A model generated the notes under the pieces. The model saw only the letters and a list, made by a program, of their open reading frames with translations. It was not told the origin of the DNA and did no database searches. A DNA stretch of 64,000 nt from Minisyncoccota bacterium. Lineage in GTDB: Bacteria; Patescibacteriota; Minisyncoccia; Phycocordibacterales; UBA6899. The translations under genes and the position numbers were made by a program. Positions 9,059 through 17,453 of the stretch are shown here, in pieces. The stretch spans positions 1,844 through 65,843 of the forward strand of contig DATEZQ010000003.1 in the NCBI GenBank assembly GCA_035583355.1. The letters run 5' to 3'. Position 1 is the first letter of the stretch. Every line of letters begins with the position of its first letter.

Positions 9059-9604
9059 CTATGCATTGAGCAAGCGCTCGAGCTGCGCGTATAATTCCTC
9101 CTTGGAGCCACTATTGTCGATGATTACCGCAGACCTTGCCTTGAGTCCATCAATGAGCAGCTCCGACTCAAGCTTGTGATCATTCACGAATTGTTCCATG
9201 GTCTTTTCTACATCATCTGACTTTTCGCCACGAAGTTTCATACGTGCAAAACGTGTCTCCATTGGTGCATCGATATAGATGAGGCGAAACCCAGGCTGTC
9301 GCTCAAGAAAGGTCACATCATCAGGACGACGGACGCCATCAACGATGATGAGTGGGGCCGTAGATTTTTCTACCTGCGTCGCAAGGGCGCGCGCAAGTGT
9401 ATCTTCCCCAAAGCCCTCACGGAGTACGCGCGAAAGACGTGAAAGATGTTCACGGTCATTAGGAAGTCCAAGAATTTCTACAATAGAAAAGAGTGAGCTT
9501 GAGAAGCGGAACAGTGTCGCATTGTGGCGCTCCTTGAAATATTCCGCGATGGTACCTTTTCCTGCGGCAATAGGACCAGTGATACCGATGATTTGTTTTG
9601 CCAT
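9059..9604 (-). CDS. P-loop nucleotide kinase (adenylate kinase / dephospho-CoA kinase-like fold), exact substrate unknown
   Basis: Walker A IGITGPIAAGKGT, DGVRRPDDVTFLE resembling the adenylate-kinase DGFPR motif, about 180 aa. Confidence 0.5.
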   Translation of the reverse strand: MAKQIIGITGPIAAGKGTIAEYFKERHNATLFRFSSSLFSIVEILGLPNDREHLSRLSRVLREGFGEDTLARALATQVEKSTAPLIIVDGVRRPDDVTFLERQPGFRLIYIDAPMETRFARMKLRGEKSDDVEKTMEQFVNDHKLESELLIDGLKARSAVIIDNSGSKEELYAQLERLLNA

Positions 9605-9661
9605 ATAGAAGAGTATAGCATATGGGAGCTCAAGCCTAAATAAACGGTTATTCTACATTTT

Positions 9662-9725
9662 GCCCGTTGAGCGCGCTGGCACGAGTCACAAAGTATTCTG
9701 CTCCGCACTGCTCGCAGAATACCAA
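9662..9725. repeat. tRNA-less fragment of the Family-1 tRNA-associated element (tattctgc...gcagaata hairpin module)
   Basis: gagcgcgctggcacgagtcacaaagtattctgctccgcactgctcgcagaatacc matches ...tcgcacacagtattctgcgagcagcgcggagcagaatactg at 62215-62260 and the hairpin at 32590-32625. Confidence 0.5.
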
Positions 9726-9886
9726 GTGCTCGTCGCCACACCTCGCTGGTCCTCAATATAAAAACACTCTTCGGAAAGAGTGTTTTTATATTTGCGGGCC
9801 GAGCTCCGGTTTACAGCAAGGGCGGATGCATACGCATCCGCCACTTGTGACATTTTGATATGTTGTTGAGTTTGAGCCGCGATGGA

Positions 9887-10312
9887 TTACATCTCGCACT
9901 TTACACCCATAGACCTTGCTGTACCAGCAACAATCTTCATTGCTGCCTCGAGGTTAGCTGCATTAAGATCAGGCATCTTCTTCTTTGCGATCTCCTCAAC
10001 CTGTGACTTCGTGAGGGTACCTGCATTCTGTGAGCCTGGCTTGTTTGAAGCCTTCTCCTTGCCGAGTGCCTTAAGGATAAGACGTGACATTGGAGAAACC
10101 TTGGTGATGAAATCGTAGGTGCGATCATCGTAAACGGTGATCACTACAGGAACGATATCGCCTACCATGTCCTTTGTTGCATCGTTGAACTTCTTGACGA
10201 AGTCACCGATGTTTACACCTGCCTGACCAAGTGCTGGTCCAACTGGTGGTGCTGGTGTTGCCTTACCTCCTGGGATCTGCAACTTCACCAACTTTACTAC
10301 TTTCTTTGCCAT
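9887..10312 (-). CDS. rplK: 50S ribosomal protein L11
   Basis: [34 protein letters not shown] signature. Confidence 0.95.
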   Translation of the reverse strand: MAKKVVKLVKLQIPGGKATPAPPVGPALGQAGVNIGDFVKKFNDATKDMVGDIVPVVITVYDDRTYDFITKVSPMSRLILKALGKEKASNKPGSQNAGTLTKSQVEEIAKKKMPDLNAANLEAAMKIVAGTARSMGVKCEM

Positions 10313-10529
10313 AATATATAAACTTAAGTTTATTGCCCAGCGAAGCGAGAGAAGAAAATGGCGTTACTTCGCATATTTTCTTCCGAGCGAGCGCAGACAA
10401 CAAGTAATTACTTATTCTTGAGCCATAGAAGCTTGGGATGTAATCAGTGTTGCAACACTGCCTCCCTAATACTCTTGAATACTGTGCATACTACAGCATT
10501 TTCCGGAAAAATCAACCCTGCCTTGGATT

Positions 10530-10680
10530 TCGCATTTACCCTACCCACACCATGAAACCGCGAGAATTTTTGCTCGCAACAGCCTCGCTGGAGCTTGACG
10601 CGGTACGATGGTACCGCGAGAGCGAAGCGTGAGGCTGGTCCGAGCAAAAAGGCCGCGGCTGTAAGGTCGCGAAACCCGTG
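10530..10680. repeat. Dispersed intergenic repeat, a second copy of the 38905-39110 sequence
   Basis: cgcatttaccctacccacaccatgaaaccgcgagaattt vs ttacgcatttcacccactccacaccatgaaacggcgaggattt at 38905, followed by related GC-rich hairpins (gcggtacgatggtaccgc palindrome). Confidence 0.45.
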
Positions 10681-10714
10681 GAATTGTTTTTTCCATCAAA
10701 AAACCCTAGCAGGG

Positions 10715-11320
10715 CTAGAGCTTTTTGATCTGGAAAAAATCCAATTCCACGGGAGTTTCGCGACCGAACATGGAAACATTGACTTTGACTCGAGCTTTCT
10801 CACGATCTATCTCTGAGATACGTCCTTCCATATCCTTGAATGGACCATCCATGACCATGACCGTCTCTCCGACTTCAACATCCATGACCGCACGTGCTTC
10901 TCCGTCCTTGCCGATGTAGCCGAGGAAGTGTGCAACCTCCTTTGGAGTAAGCGGCACTGGAATAACACCTGCACCGACGAATCCAGTAACGCGTGGCGTA
11001 TTACGCACGACGTACCATGACTCAGGGTCATACTTCATGTCGACGAGCACATAACCTGGATAGATCTGCTCCTCGACTTCGACACGCTTGGTACCCTTCA
11101 TCTTTACGGTCTTTTGCTTTGGGACAACGACATCAAAGATCTTTGTACCCATACCGAGTGACTCGATACGCTGCTTCAAGTTACGCACCACCGCATTCTC
11201 ATATCCTGAGTAGGTGTGAATTGCGTACCACTGACGGCCACGAGCTGCAGTCGCAGCAAAGGTATCATCCTTCGCAACTTCTGATGGGATTTCCTCATGA
11301 CGAATTTCTTCTTGATCCAT
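10715..11320 (-). CDS. nusG: Transcription termination/antitermination factor NusG
   Basis: NGN domain WYAIHTYSGYE and KOW motif GETVMVMDGPFKDMEGRISEIDREKARVKVNVSMFGRETPVEL. Confidence 0.95.
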   Translation of the reverse strand: MDQEEIRHEEIPSEVAKDDTFAATAARGRQWYAIHTYSGYENAVVRNLKQRIESLGMGTKIFDVVVPKQKTVKMKGTKRVEVEEQIYPGYVLVDMKYDPESWYVVRNTPRVTGFVGAGVIPVPLTPKEVAHFLGYIGKDGEARAVMDVEVGETVMVMDGPFKDMEGRISEIDREKARVKVNVSMFGRETPVELDFFQIKKL

Positions 11321-11547
11321 AGTGATGTGTTATTTTTTAACCGTGCATTGAAGCACGAAGTACTAGGCTGAATTCTAAGACTGAAGATTTTGGATGAAAT
11401 TTTCAGATATTCAGCCTTTATTAGGTGCTCAGATTTGAGATGCAATTGCCACTGATGGAGATGTGCGAACTCTAGCGAGCCGTACTCGGAGTACGGTGAG
11501 CGAGTCGCGCATCGAAGCAGTGGTAAGTGCGCTCAAATATGAGTGCC

Positions 11548-11736
11548 CTAGCGGATACCGATAAACGCAGCAAGTGCTTTACCAAATCCGTTGTCGAGAG
11601 CTCCCAGTGCAATACCGACAACAACAGAGATACCGATGACAAGCATCGTGTGATTGACTACAGTCTCACGTGTTGGCCATGAGATGTGTACCATCTCTGC
11701 ACGTGCCTCCTTTAAGTAGGTGATGAATGACGACAT
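11548..11736 (-). CDS. secE: Preprotein translocase subunit SecE
   Basis: 62 aa, YLKEARAEMVHISWPTRETV followed by a single TM helix; canonical position upstream of nusG-rplK. Confidence 0.8.
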   Translation of the reverse strand: MSSFITYLKEARAEMVHISWPTRETVVNHTMLVIGISVVVGIALGALDNGFGKALAAFIGIR

Positions 11737-11801
11737 AATATTTTGAAGTAGTTCCGTCTGTGGTTCTTATTAAAAACCGCCCACAGGCGAATTACGCTAT
11801 T

Positions 11802-11830
11802 AATATACTCCTTTTCCGGACCCAAGTCAA
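11802..11830 (-). promoter_or_regulatory. Near-consensus sigma70-type promoter for secE-nusG
   Basis: On the minus strand there is a TTGACT -35 box, a 17 nt spacer and a TATATT -10 box about 60 nt upstream of the secE start. Confidence 0.45.
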
Positions 11831-11875
11831 TAAGCCATAAAATATATAAAAATGCCCCATTGGGGCATTTAAAAG

Positions 11876-12442
11876 CTAGGGAAAAAGCAGGAACTGCATG
11901 AGCGAAGAGAGCTCAGGCCAGAGATTCATGATCTCCTTTCTGGCGTCCGCCGGCGACTCACTTGCATGGATGACGTTGCGCACCTGACGCAATTCTTCAT
12001 CGGCAATTTTCATGGAGTCAGTCGATAGTGCGCGAATGGTGCCCGGCTCCGCAAACGCGGGATCGGTGGCACCAACAATCTTGCGCAGGGTTGCATTGGC
12101 CTGCTCGCCCGAAAGGATGAATGCATGCACCTTACCCATGGTCATGTTCTCGCGTATCACCGCAAGAATCTCCTTCCCGAGCTCAGTCGGGGTCTTTGAG
12201 ACTCCTCCGCGCTTGGAAAGGATATCATGACGCTTCGCGCCAAGCCGCTGGCACCAATGATCACTCTTGTCATAGTGACGAGCGGCCTGCAGTGGGGAAA
12301 TTGAGAACTCCGCCTCCATGATGATGGAAAGCTTTCCATCCGCGACGAGCATTTCTCGGATCTGATCCCGAAGGCCCATCTCCATACCATCGGGCTTGAT
12401 GAGCGCGAACGCAAACTCATTACCGGACATACCGTCCTCCAT
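11876..12442 (-). CDS. ndk: Nucleoside diphosphate kinase, longer than typical with an internal insertion
   Basis: FAFALIKPDG, PGTIRA, active-site NVIHASES (NxxHGSD-like). The start is called at the internal Met MEDGMSG; the track ORF extends to 12616 but its N-terminal 58 aa look non-native. Confidence 0.8.
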   Translation of the reverse strand: MEDGMSGNEFAFALIKPDGMEMGLRDQIREMLVADGKLSIIMEAEFSISPLQAARHYDKSDHWCQRLGAKRHDILSKRGGVSKTPTELGKEILAVIRENMTMGKVHAFILSGEQANATLRKIVGATDPAFAEPGTIRALSTDSMKIADEELRQVRNVIHASESPADARKEIMNLWPELSSLMQFLLFP

Positions 12443-12533
12443 AAAATGGCACACGCCATGATTATCTGAAGAAAAACTAACACGCGCAGTACAAAAAGAA
12501 AAGAGCCCCGATGTTTGGGGCTCTTTGAAGAAC

Positions 12534-13235
12534 TTATGCGGCAAAAGGCTTTGGCGTGTGCATCGACTTACGTCGCTGCTGTGTGTAAACGAGAGAAGCG
12601 TCGAGACGCTCCCCATCGAGGATCACTGTTCTCCGTCCAGTGACGAAGAAGCGGCGCGATGGAATGACGCCAGGAATCACTTTCCGCATCTTTTCGATGA
12701 CTTCCGAATGTTCCACGGGAGTATTCCACATGCCGTACACCTGCATCTGCAGGGCCTTATCTTTGTGCTTGAAGAGGCCGGCGAATTCCCCCGTCGCTTC
12801 AAGCACGATGAATGCGACGGTAGCTGGTGACTTAGGATTCTTGGGATAAGCCCGCACTCCGAGAATGAGTCTCCCCTTCTCGGATACAATATGCGTCTGA
12901 GCCAGACACCCCCGCTTCTGCTTCGCGAGCAGATAGCTGACAAGGTTGAGGTCAGAGAGCTGGTGGTTCGGGATGATGACGATCTCCCGTTCCTTGCGCA
13001 TTGCACGGGCAGCAGGGTCCCCCTGCACCATAGTCACCCCCGGAGGAAATGACTGCTCGGCATAGCCGAGTGTGGCTTCGCCACCTGGTTTTTCCGAAGA
13101 AAGTGATTGTGGTTGACTCATGCATACCTCCATACTTTCGAACATTGATGAGAAAGGACAGGTGGCGTACTCTATGTACGTAGGAGTATTATAGCACAAA
13201 TATATAGTTTGTAAAGGTGTTTGCGGATATAACAA
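12534..13235 (-). CDS. Hypothetical protein, possibly a lysophospholipid acyltransferase (PlsC/LPLAT-like); tentative
   Basis: IIPNHQLSDLN resembles the NHxxxxD acyltransferase motif I but is one residue short, and VIPGVIP resembles motif IV. The N-terminal 30 aa of the ORF look dubious; the real start may be an internal Met. Confidence 0.35.
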   Translation of the reverse strand: MLYPQTPLQTIYLCYNTPTYIEYATCPFSSMFESMEVCMSQPQSLSSEKPGGEATLGYAEQSFPPGVTMVQGDPAARAMRKEREIVIIPNHQLSDLNLVSYLLAKQKRGCLAQTHIVSEKGRLILGVRAYPKNPKSPATVAFIVLEATGEFAGLFKHKDKALQMQVYGMWNTPVEHSEVIEKMRKVIPGVIPSRRFFVTGRRTVILDGERLDASLVYTQQRRKSMHTPKPFAA

Positions 13236-13263
13236 AACGGAGGCTTAAAACCTCCGTTTTCTG

Positions 13264-14091
13264 TTATTTTCCACCACTAATTTCGTATGTGATAGTTACA
13301 TTTGAGTGATACTGATTCTGCCCCGTTGGAAGCACTGGAGCAGGAGATACATCAGCAGCCATTGCCTTTGAATATTCCATTCCCCCGCGACCAAAATATG
13401 GAATCGCATTGTTCTCATTGAAGTTTGCAATGCGCACCAACTTTACGTTAAGTTGACCAGCAAGCTTTTCTGCCTTCTCCTTTGCTTGAGCAATCGCCTT
13501 TGCGCGTGCCTCAGCCTGAACCTTGTCCGTATTCTCTACCTTGAAGTTTAACTGACCAACATCGGTTGCACCATTCTTCGTAACAATATCAAGGATATTT
13601 GCTGCATTATCGAAGTTTTTGCTTCCGCGCATTGTAAGCTCAATACGCTGCGAAACCATATATCCACGAAGCTTCTGTGTTCCCGGAACACATGGCTGTG
13701 CATATCCCGGCGCTGCGAGTGGGCACACCTGCTGCACATAATCATACTGTGGCTGAAGATCATACGAAAGTGTCTTTATATCATCCTTCGAGAGACCTGC
13801 TGCAGTCAACGCATCGACAAGCTTCTGCATTGTACTGTTCACAAACTCACTTGCGAGCTTCTGCTCTTTAGCCTCTTTGCTTACACTAAATGAAAGCGTT
13901 ACGACATCTGCGGTTGCATATGCGTCACCTTCACCATTAACCGTTACCGTAGCAATCTGCTTATCTTTTGCAGATTCATCCCCCATGCCTTTAATAGCTG
14001 AAATACCTACAGCACCCATCAAAAAGATACCTGCAACAAGAGCTGCGGTGCCGACGCGCACAAGAAGCGTTGATTGTGTTTCTGAAATCAT
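13264..14091 (-). CDS. SIMPL/DUF541 family periplasmic protein (BP26-like)
   Basis: N-terminal TM anchor, then TVTVNGEGDAYATADVVTLSFSVSKEAKE...LSYDLQPQYDY pattern typical of SIMPL domain proteins. Confidence 0.65.
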   Translation of the reverse strand: MISETQSTLLVRVGTAALVAGIFLMGAVGISAIKGMGDESAKDKQIATVTVNGEGDAYATADVVTLSFSVSKEAKEQKLASEFVNSTMQKLVDALTAAGLSKDDIKTLSYDLQPQYDYVQQVCPLAAPGYAQPCVPGTQKLRGYMVSQRIELTMRGSKNFDNAANILDIVTKNGATDVGQLNFKVENTDKVQAEARAKAIAQAKEKAEKLAGQLNVKLVRIANFNENNAIPYFGRGGMEYSKAMAADVSPAPVLPTGQNQYHSNVTITYEISGGK

Positions 14092-14174
14092 AAATATAGT
14101 GATTAATTACATTAAGTATAACATGACCCCCTGCAAGTTGTGACAAAAAACAATAAAACACGATTACTCGTGTT

Positions 14175-15614
14175 TTATTTCCAGAACTTTTTGACTAATT
14201 CATTAAATGCCGCCCCACGAGCAAACTCATGAAGGAATTTCTCAAAAGAGGAACCTCCAGGAGAAAATGCGATAATTGCCTTCTCCCCCTTCGCTAGCCC
14301 CAATGTCAATTCCCACGCCTTGCGCACACATTCCTCAAGTGTCTTATATTGGACTGGATCCACCTTGAGGTATTTCGCCTTTTTGAGTGCAGCAATGAGC
14401 TTCGTCGTCCCTGTTCCTTCGAGAAACACAATTTGCTCCTTTGGAAGCGTGCTGCGCAGTGCACGTGCGAGGTCGTCATAATGAAGCTGCTTATCAGTTC
14501 CCCCAGTAATCAGGATGAGTTTTTCCTTCGGCATCTTCCCGAAACGAGTGAGCACGGCAGCAACCCCATCAGGGCTTGTTGCGCAACTATCGTTTATGAC
14601 GGTAATATGCTTATCAGCATATACTTCTTCCTGACGCATCACTGGATTCTTGAGTGCGAGAATATCTTTTTCGCTCACATTTATTTCGGGTGCAAAGAGT
14701 TTTACCGCAAGCAGTGCGGCAAGAAGATTCTGCAAGCTGTGTGGTCCCCGCTCTCTAAGAAATCGATCGACGCGCACTAACTTTTGCTCGATCCCTGCTG
14801 CTCGAAACACGGCATAACCGTCACGAACAAATAATCCATTCTTTCGCGCCGGCAACTCTTTGCGACTCGTAAAGAAAATCATACCTTGCGGTTTCATCTT
14901 GAGGAAAAATGATGTCCATTTATCCTCCGCATTAAGCACTAGGAAATCTCCACTAGTTTGATTTGCGAATATTCCGCCTTTCGCAGTGGCGTATTGTTCG
15001 ATTCCTCCATAACGATTCAAGTGATCAGGGTAGATATTCGTAATCACTGAGACGTGTGGTGCACGCTTTGCCCCCGGCAGGAACTCAAGTTGCCACGAAG
15101 AGAGCTCAGCGACGACGGGAATATCTTTTCCTTTGATGCGTACGATCTCTTTCAGCAATGCATTCTCTGGAGTATTACCTGAAGGGCGTGTCTGTGGCCA
15201 TTTCTTCGCGAGTAAATTCGCGATCCATAACGTCGTCGTCGTCTTTCCGCGGGTCCCCGTGACCGCAACAACAGGCTGCACGGCCGTATCGAAGAAAAGT
15301 GTCACGTCATTCACGATACGCTTCCCCGCCTTTCTTGCGATTGCGAGAAATGGTGACTCACGAGGTACGCCAGGATTTGCAACAACGATGTCGTGTGCAG
15401 CAAAATCCTTTTCATCATGTTTCCCTAGCACATAACGAACCTTTACATCCTTGAGTGCATCGATACTTGGTTTAAGTACCTTGCGCGTACGCATGTCTGT
15501 TGCGGTCACCTTTGCTCCTTTACTTGCGAGCCATTTTGTCGTAGCAACACCTCCGCCATGAAGCCCAAGCCCCATCACGAGCGCCTTCTTGCCTTTCAAA
15601 TTTTCCTTTTCCAT
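14175..15614 (-). CDS. murD: UDP-N-acetylmuramoylalanine--D-glutamate ligase
   Basis: KALVMGLGLHGGG, GVPRESP, VAVTGTRGKTTTT Mur ligase P-loop. Start called at the internal Met MEKENLKGKK; the track ORF begins 15 codons upstream. Confidence 0.85.
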   Translation of the reverse strand: MEKENLKGKKALVMGLGLHGGGVATTKWLASKGAKVTATDMRTRKVLKPSIDALKDVKVRYVLGKHDEKDFAAHDIVVANPGVPRESPFLAIARKAGKRIVNDVTLFFDTAVQPVVAVTGTRGKTTTTLWIANLLAKKWPQTRPSGNTPENALLKEIVRIKGKDIPVVAELSSWQLEFLPGAKRAPHVSVITNIYPDHLNRYGGIEQYATAKGGIFANQTSGDFLVLNAEDKWTSFFLKMKPQGMIFFTSRKELPARKNGLFVRDGYAVFRAAGIEQKLVRVDRFLRERGPHSLQNLLAALLAVKLFAPEINVSEKDILALKNPVMRQEEVYADKHITVINDSCATSPDGVAAVLTRFGKMPKEKLILITGGTDKQLHYDDLARALRSTLPKEQIVFLEGTGTTKLIAALKKAKYLKVDPVQYKTLEECVRKAWELTLGLAKGEKAIIAFSPGGSSFEKFLHEFARGAAFNELVKKFWK

Positions 15615-15668
15615 GGGGTCATCATAGCATATTTGGATTGTTTTAAAAAAGCACACCATCGTGCGCTT

Positions 15669-16151
15669 TTACCAGAGACTTGCCCCTGGAGAATATATTT
15701 TCCAAGTATTCACTCTCGTCGTATCTACTAGTTGCGGCTGTGAACTTGCCACAAATCCTGGCTCGTTAATCAATCTATCAATAAATGCATACTCGATACC
15801 ATTGGATATATAAATATAACAACTTATACTACCAACTTTATCCGCTGTAGGCTCAGACGGTATTGCACTAATATAAATTGGTGCCAAACCAGGGATTACA
15901 TTATTCGCGGAAAACGAACCCCAGAGCGCACATTCTGAACGCGTCAGACCTCCTGTGCTTGGGTAAGACCCATTCGCGTCATAATACATATCGAGAGCCA
16001 ACTTCACCTCACGAAAATCAGAAACACGTTTTGCGAGCCTTGCTTTCACACGCGCAGCGCCAATGGTCGCAAGTATGACACTTGAAAGCAACACCATTGT
16101 CGCAATGACAACAAGTAGCTCAACAAGGCTAAATCCGCGCTCATATTTCAT
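15669..16151 (-). CDS. Type IV pilin / pseudopilin with prepilin leader
   Basis: MKYERG|FSLVELLVVIATMVLL class III signal peptide with a G/F cleavage-methylation site. Start called at the internal Met. Confidence 0.8.
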   Translation of the reverse strand: MKYERGFSLVELLVVIATMVLLSSVILATIGAARVKARLAKRVSDFREVKLALDMYYDANGSYPSTGGLTRSECALWGSFSANNVIPGLAPIYISAIPSEPTADKVGSISCYIYISNGIEYAFIDRLINEPGFVASSQPQLVDTTRVNTWKIYSPGASLW

Positions 16152-16274
16152 GTACCTATTATACACGAGGAATTGGCACGCTCGACTGAAATATCAAAAA
16201 AACTATAATAAATGTTACTAGAGTCCAAACAACGTCTGTAGAGCAATAAAATAAACGCCCAAGGGCGTTATATT

Positions 16275-17453
16275 TTAATCAAGATGTTCACGCAAAGCTT
16301 TCAAGATACTCGCGGATTCATTCGTCTGCACTACGAGTATGCGTGCGGATGAATTATCAGCAGAAATATCAAGGAACGCTGCCTCGCCAGGAGTACCAAC
16401 GAGCTGCGCATTCAATGCAGGGTTAAGCGCAAGGCCGAACGCTGAAAGACTTTCGATGATGCGATTGCGCACCACAGGTGCCCCTTCTCCAATAGCAGCA
16501 GTAAAGACGAGTGCATCGAGTCCACCAAGGACTGCGATATAACTCCCTACGGTCTTCACGACTTGATACACAAAGAGATCAAGTGCGAGCTTTGCCTTTT
16601 CGTCACCCTCCCCCGAGAGCCTGATGATATCGCGCATATCACTACTTACTCCAGAGAGTCCGAGAAGTCCAGATTCTTTATTGCAAAGCGTCTCGATCTC
16701 CGCACGAGTCTTCCCTGCCGAAAGTAGTGCAAAGATAATGCTTGGGTCAATAGTCCCACTACGCGTCCCCATCATCAAGCCCTCAAGCGGAGTAAAGCCC
16801 ATCGATGTATCAATGGTCTTTCCGTCACGAAGTGCGGTAATGCTTGCGCCGCTGCCGAGATGAAGCACGATCGTGCGCGTAATTGCAACCTCAGATGCAT
16901 GTTCATTCAGTCTATCCCATATTGAGGCGACGGAGTGTCCGTGGTATCCATAACGTGCAAAACCAAATTCATCAACCACTTTTGCAGAGAGGCCATAACT
17001 CTTCGCCACGTTAGGCATCGTGTGATGGAATGCACTATCGGACGCTGAGATCAGTCTTGTATTCGGAAGTGCAGCGCGAATGAGTGCGAGCTCGAGCCGT
17101 GCAGGATGTATATGGAGCGGCGCAAGATATTCCTGTGCCTCAAATTTCTCCATAAATTCATCATCCACGACACGATGCTCTGCGAAATAATCTCCAGGGG
17201 CAACTGTGCGCACTGCAATCGCACCAATCGTGGCGATACCACGGGCAGTACAATCAGCAATCACACGATCAATCGCATGCTGAAACTCCTCGGAAGTGAT
17301 CATCACTTCGATTCGTCCTCCATCAGTCACTGCGAGCTTGAACTCCTGTCCAACTTTTTCAAAATGCCAAACAATGAGTTTTTCATTGCCCTTATAGAGT
17401 GCGTATTTCTTGGAAGAACTTCCGATATTTACAATTATTTGTTCCATGTCCAT
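16275..17453 (-). CDS. ackA: Acetate kinase
   Basis: IVNIGSSSKKYALY, HLGSGASI, DTSMGFTPLEGLMMGTRSGTIDPS signatures. Confidence 0.9.
   Translation of the reverse strand: MDMEQIIVNIGSSSKKYALYKGNEKLIVWHFEKVGQEFKLAVTDGGRIEVMITSEEFQHAIDRVIADCTARGIATIGAIAVRTVAPGDYFAEHRVVDDEFMEKFEAQEYLAPLHIHPARLELALIRAALPNTRLISASDSAFHHTMPNVAKSYGLSAKVVDEFGFARYGYHGHSVASIWDRLNEHASEVAITRTIVLHLGSGASITALRDGKTIDTSMGFTPLEGLMMGTRSGTIDPSIIFALLSAGKTRAEIETLCNKESGLLGLSGVSSDMRDIIRLSGEGDEKAKLALDLFVYQVVKTVGSYIAVLGGLDALVFTAAIGEGAPVVRNRIIESLSAFGLALNPALNAQLVGTPGEAAFLDISADNSSARILVVQTNESASILKALREHLD

Noticed and set aside
12534-13235. Confident call of PlsC (1-acyl-sn-glycerol-3-phosphate acyltransferase)
   Set aside because: Only partial resemblance to acyltransferase motifs: NHQLSD is one residue shorter than HX4D, and there is no clear FPEGTR. 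I kept it as a low-confidence hypothetical rather than naming a gene.
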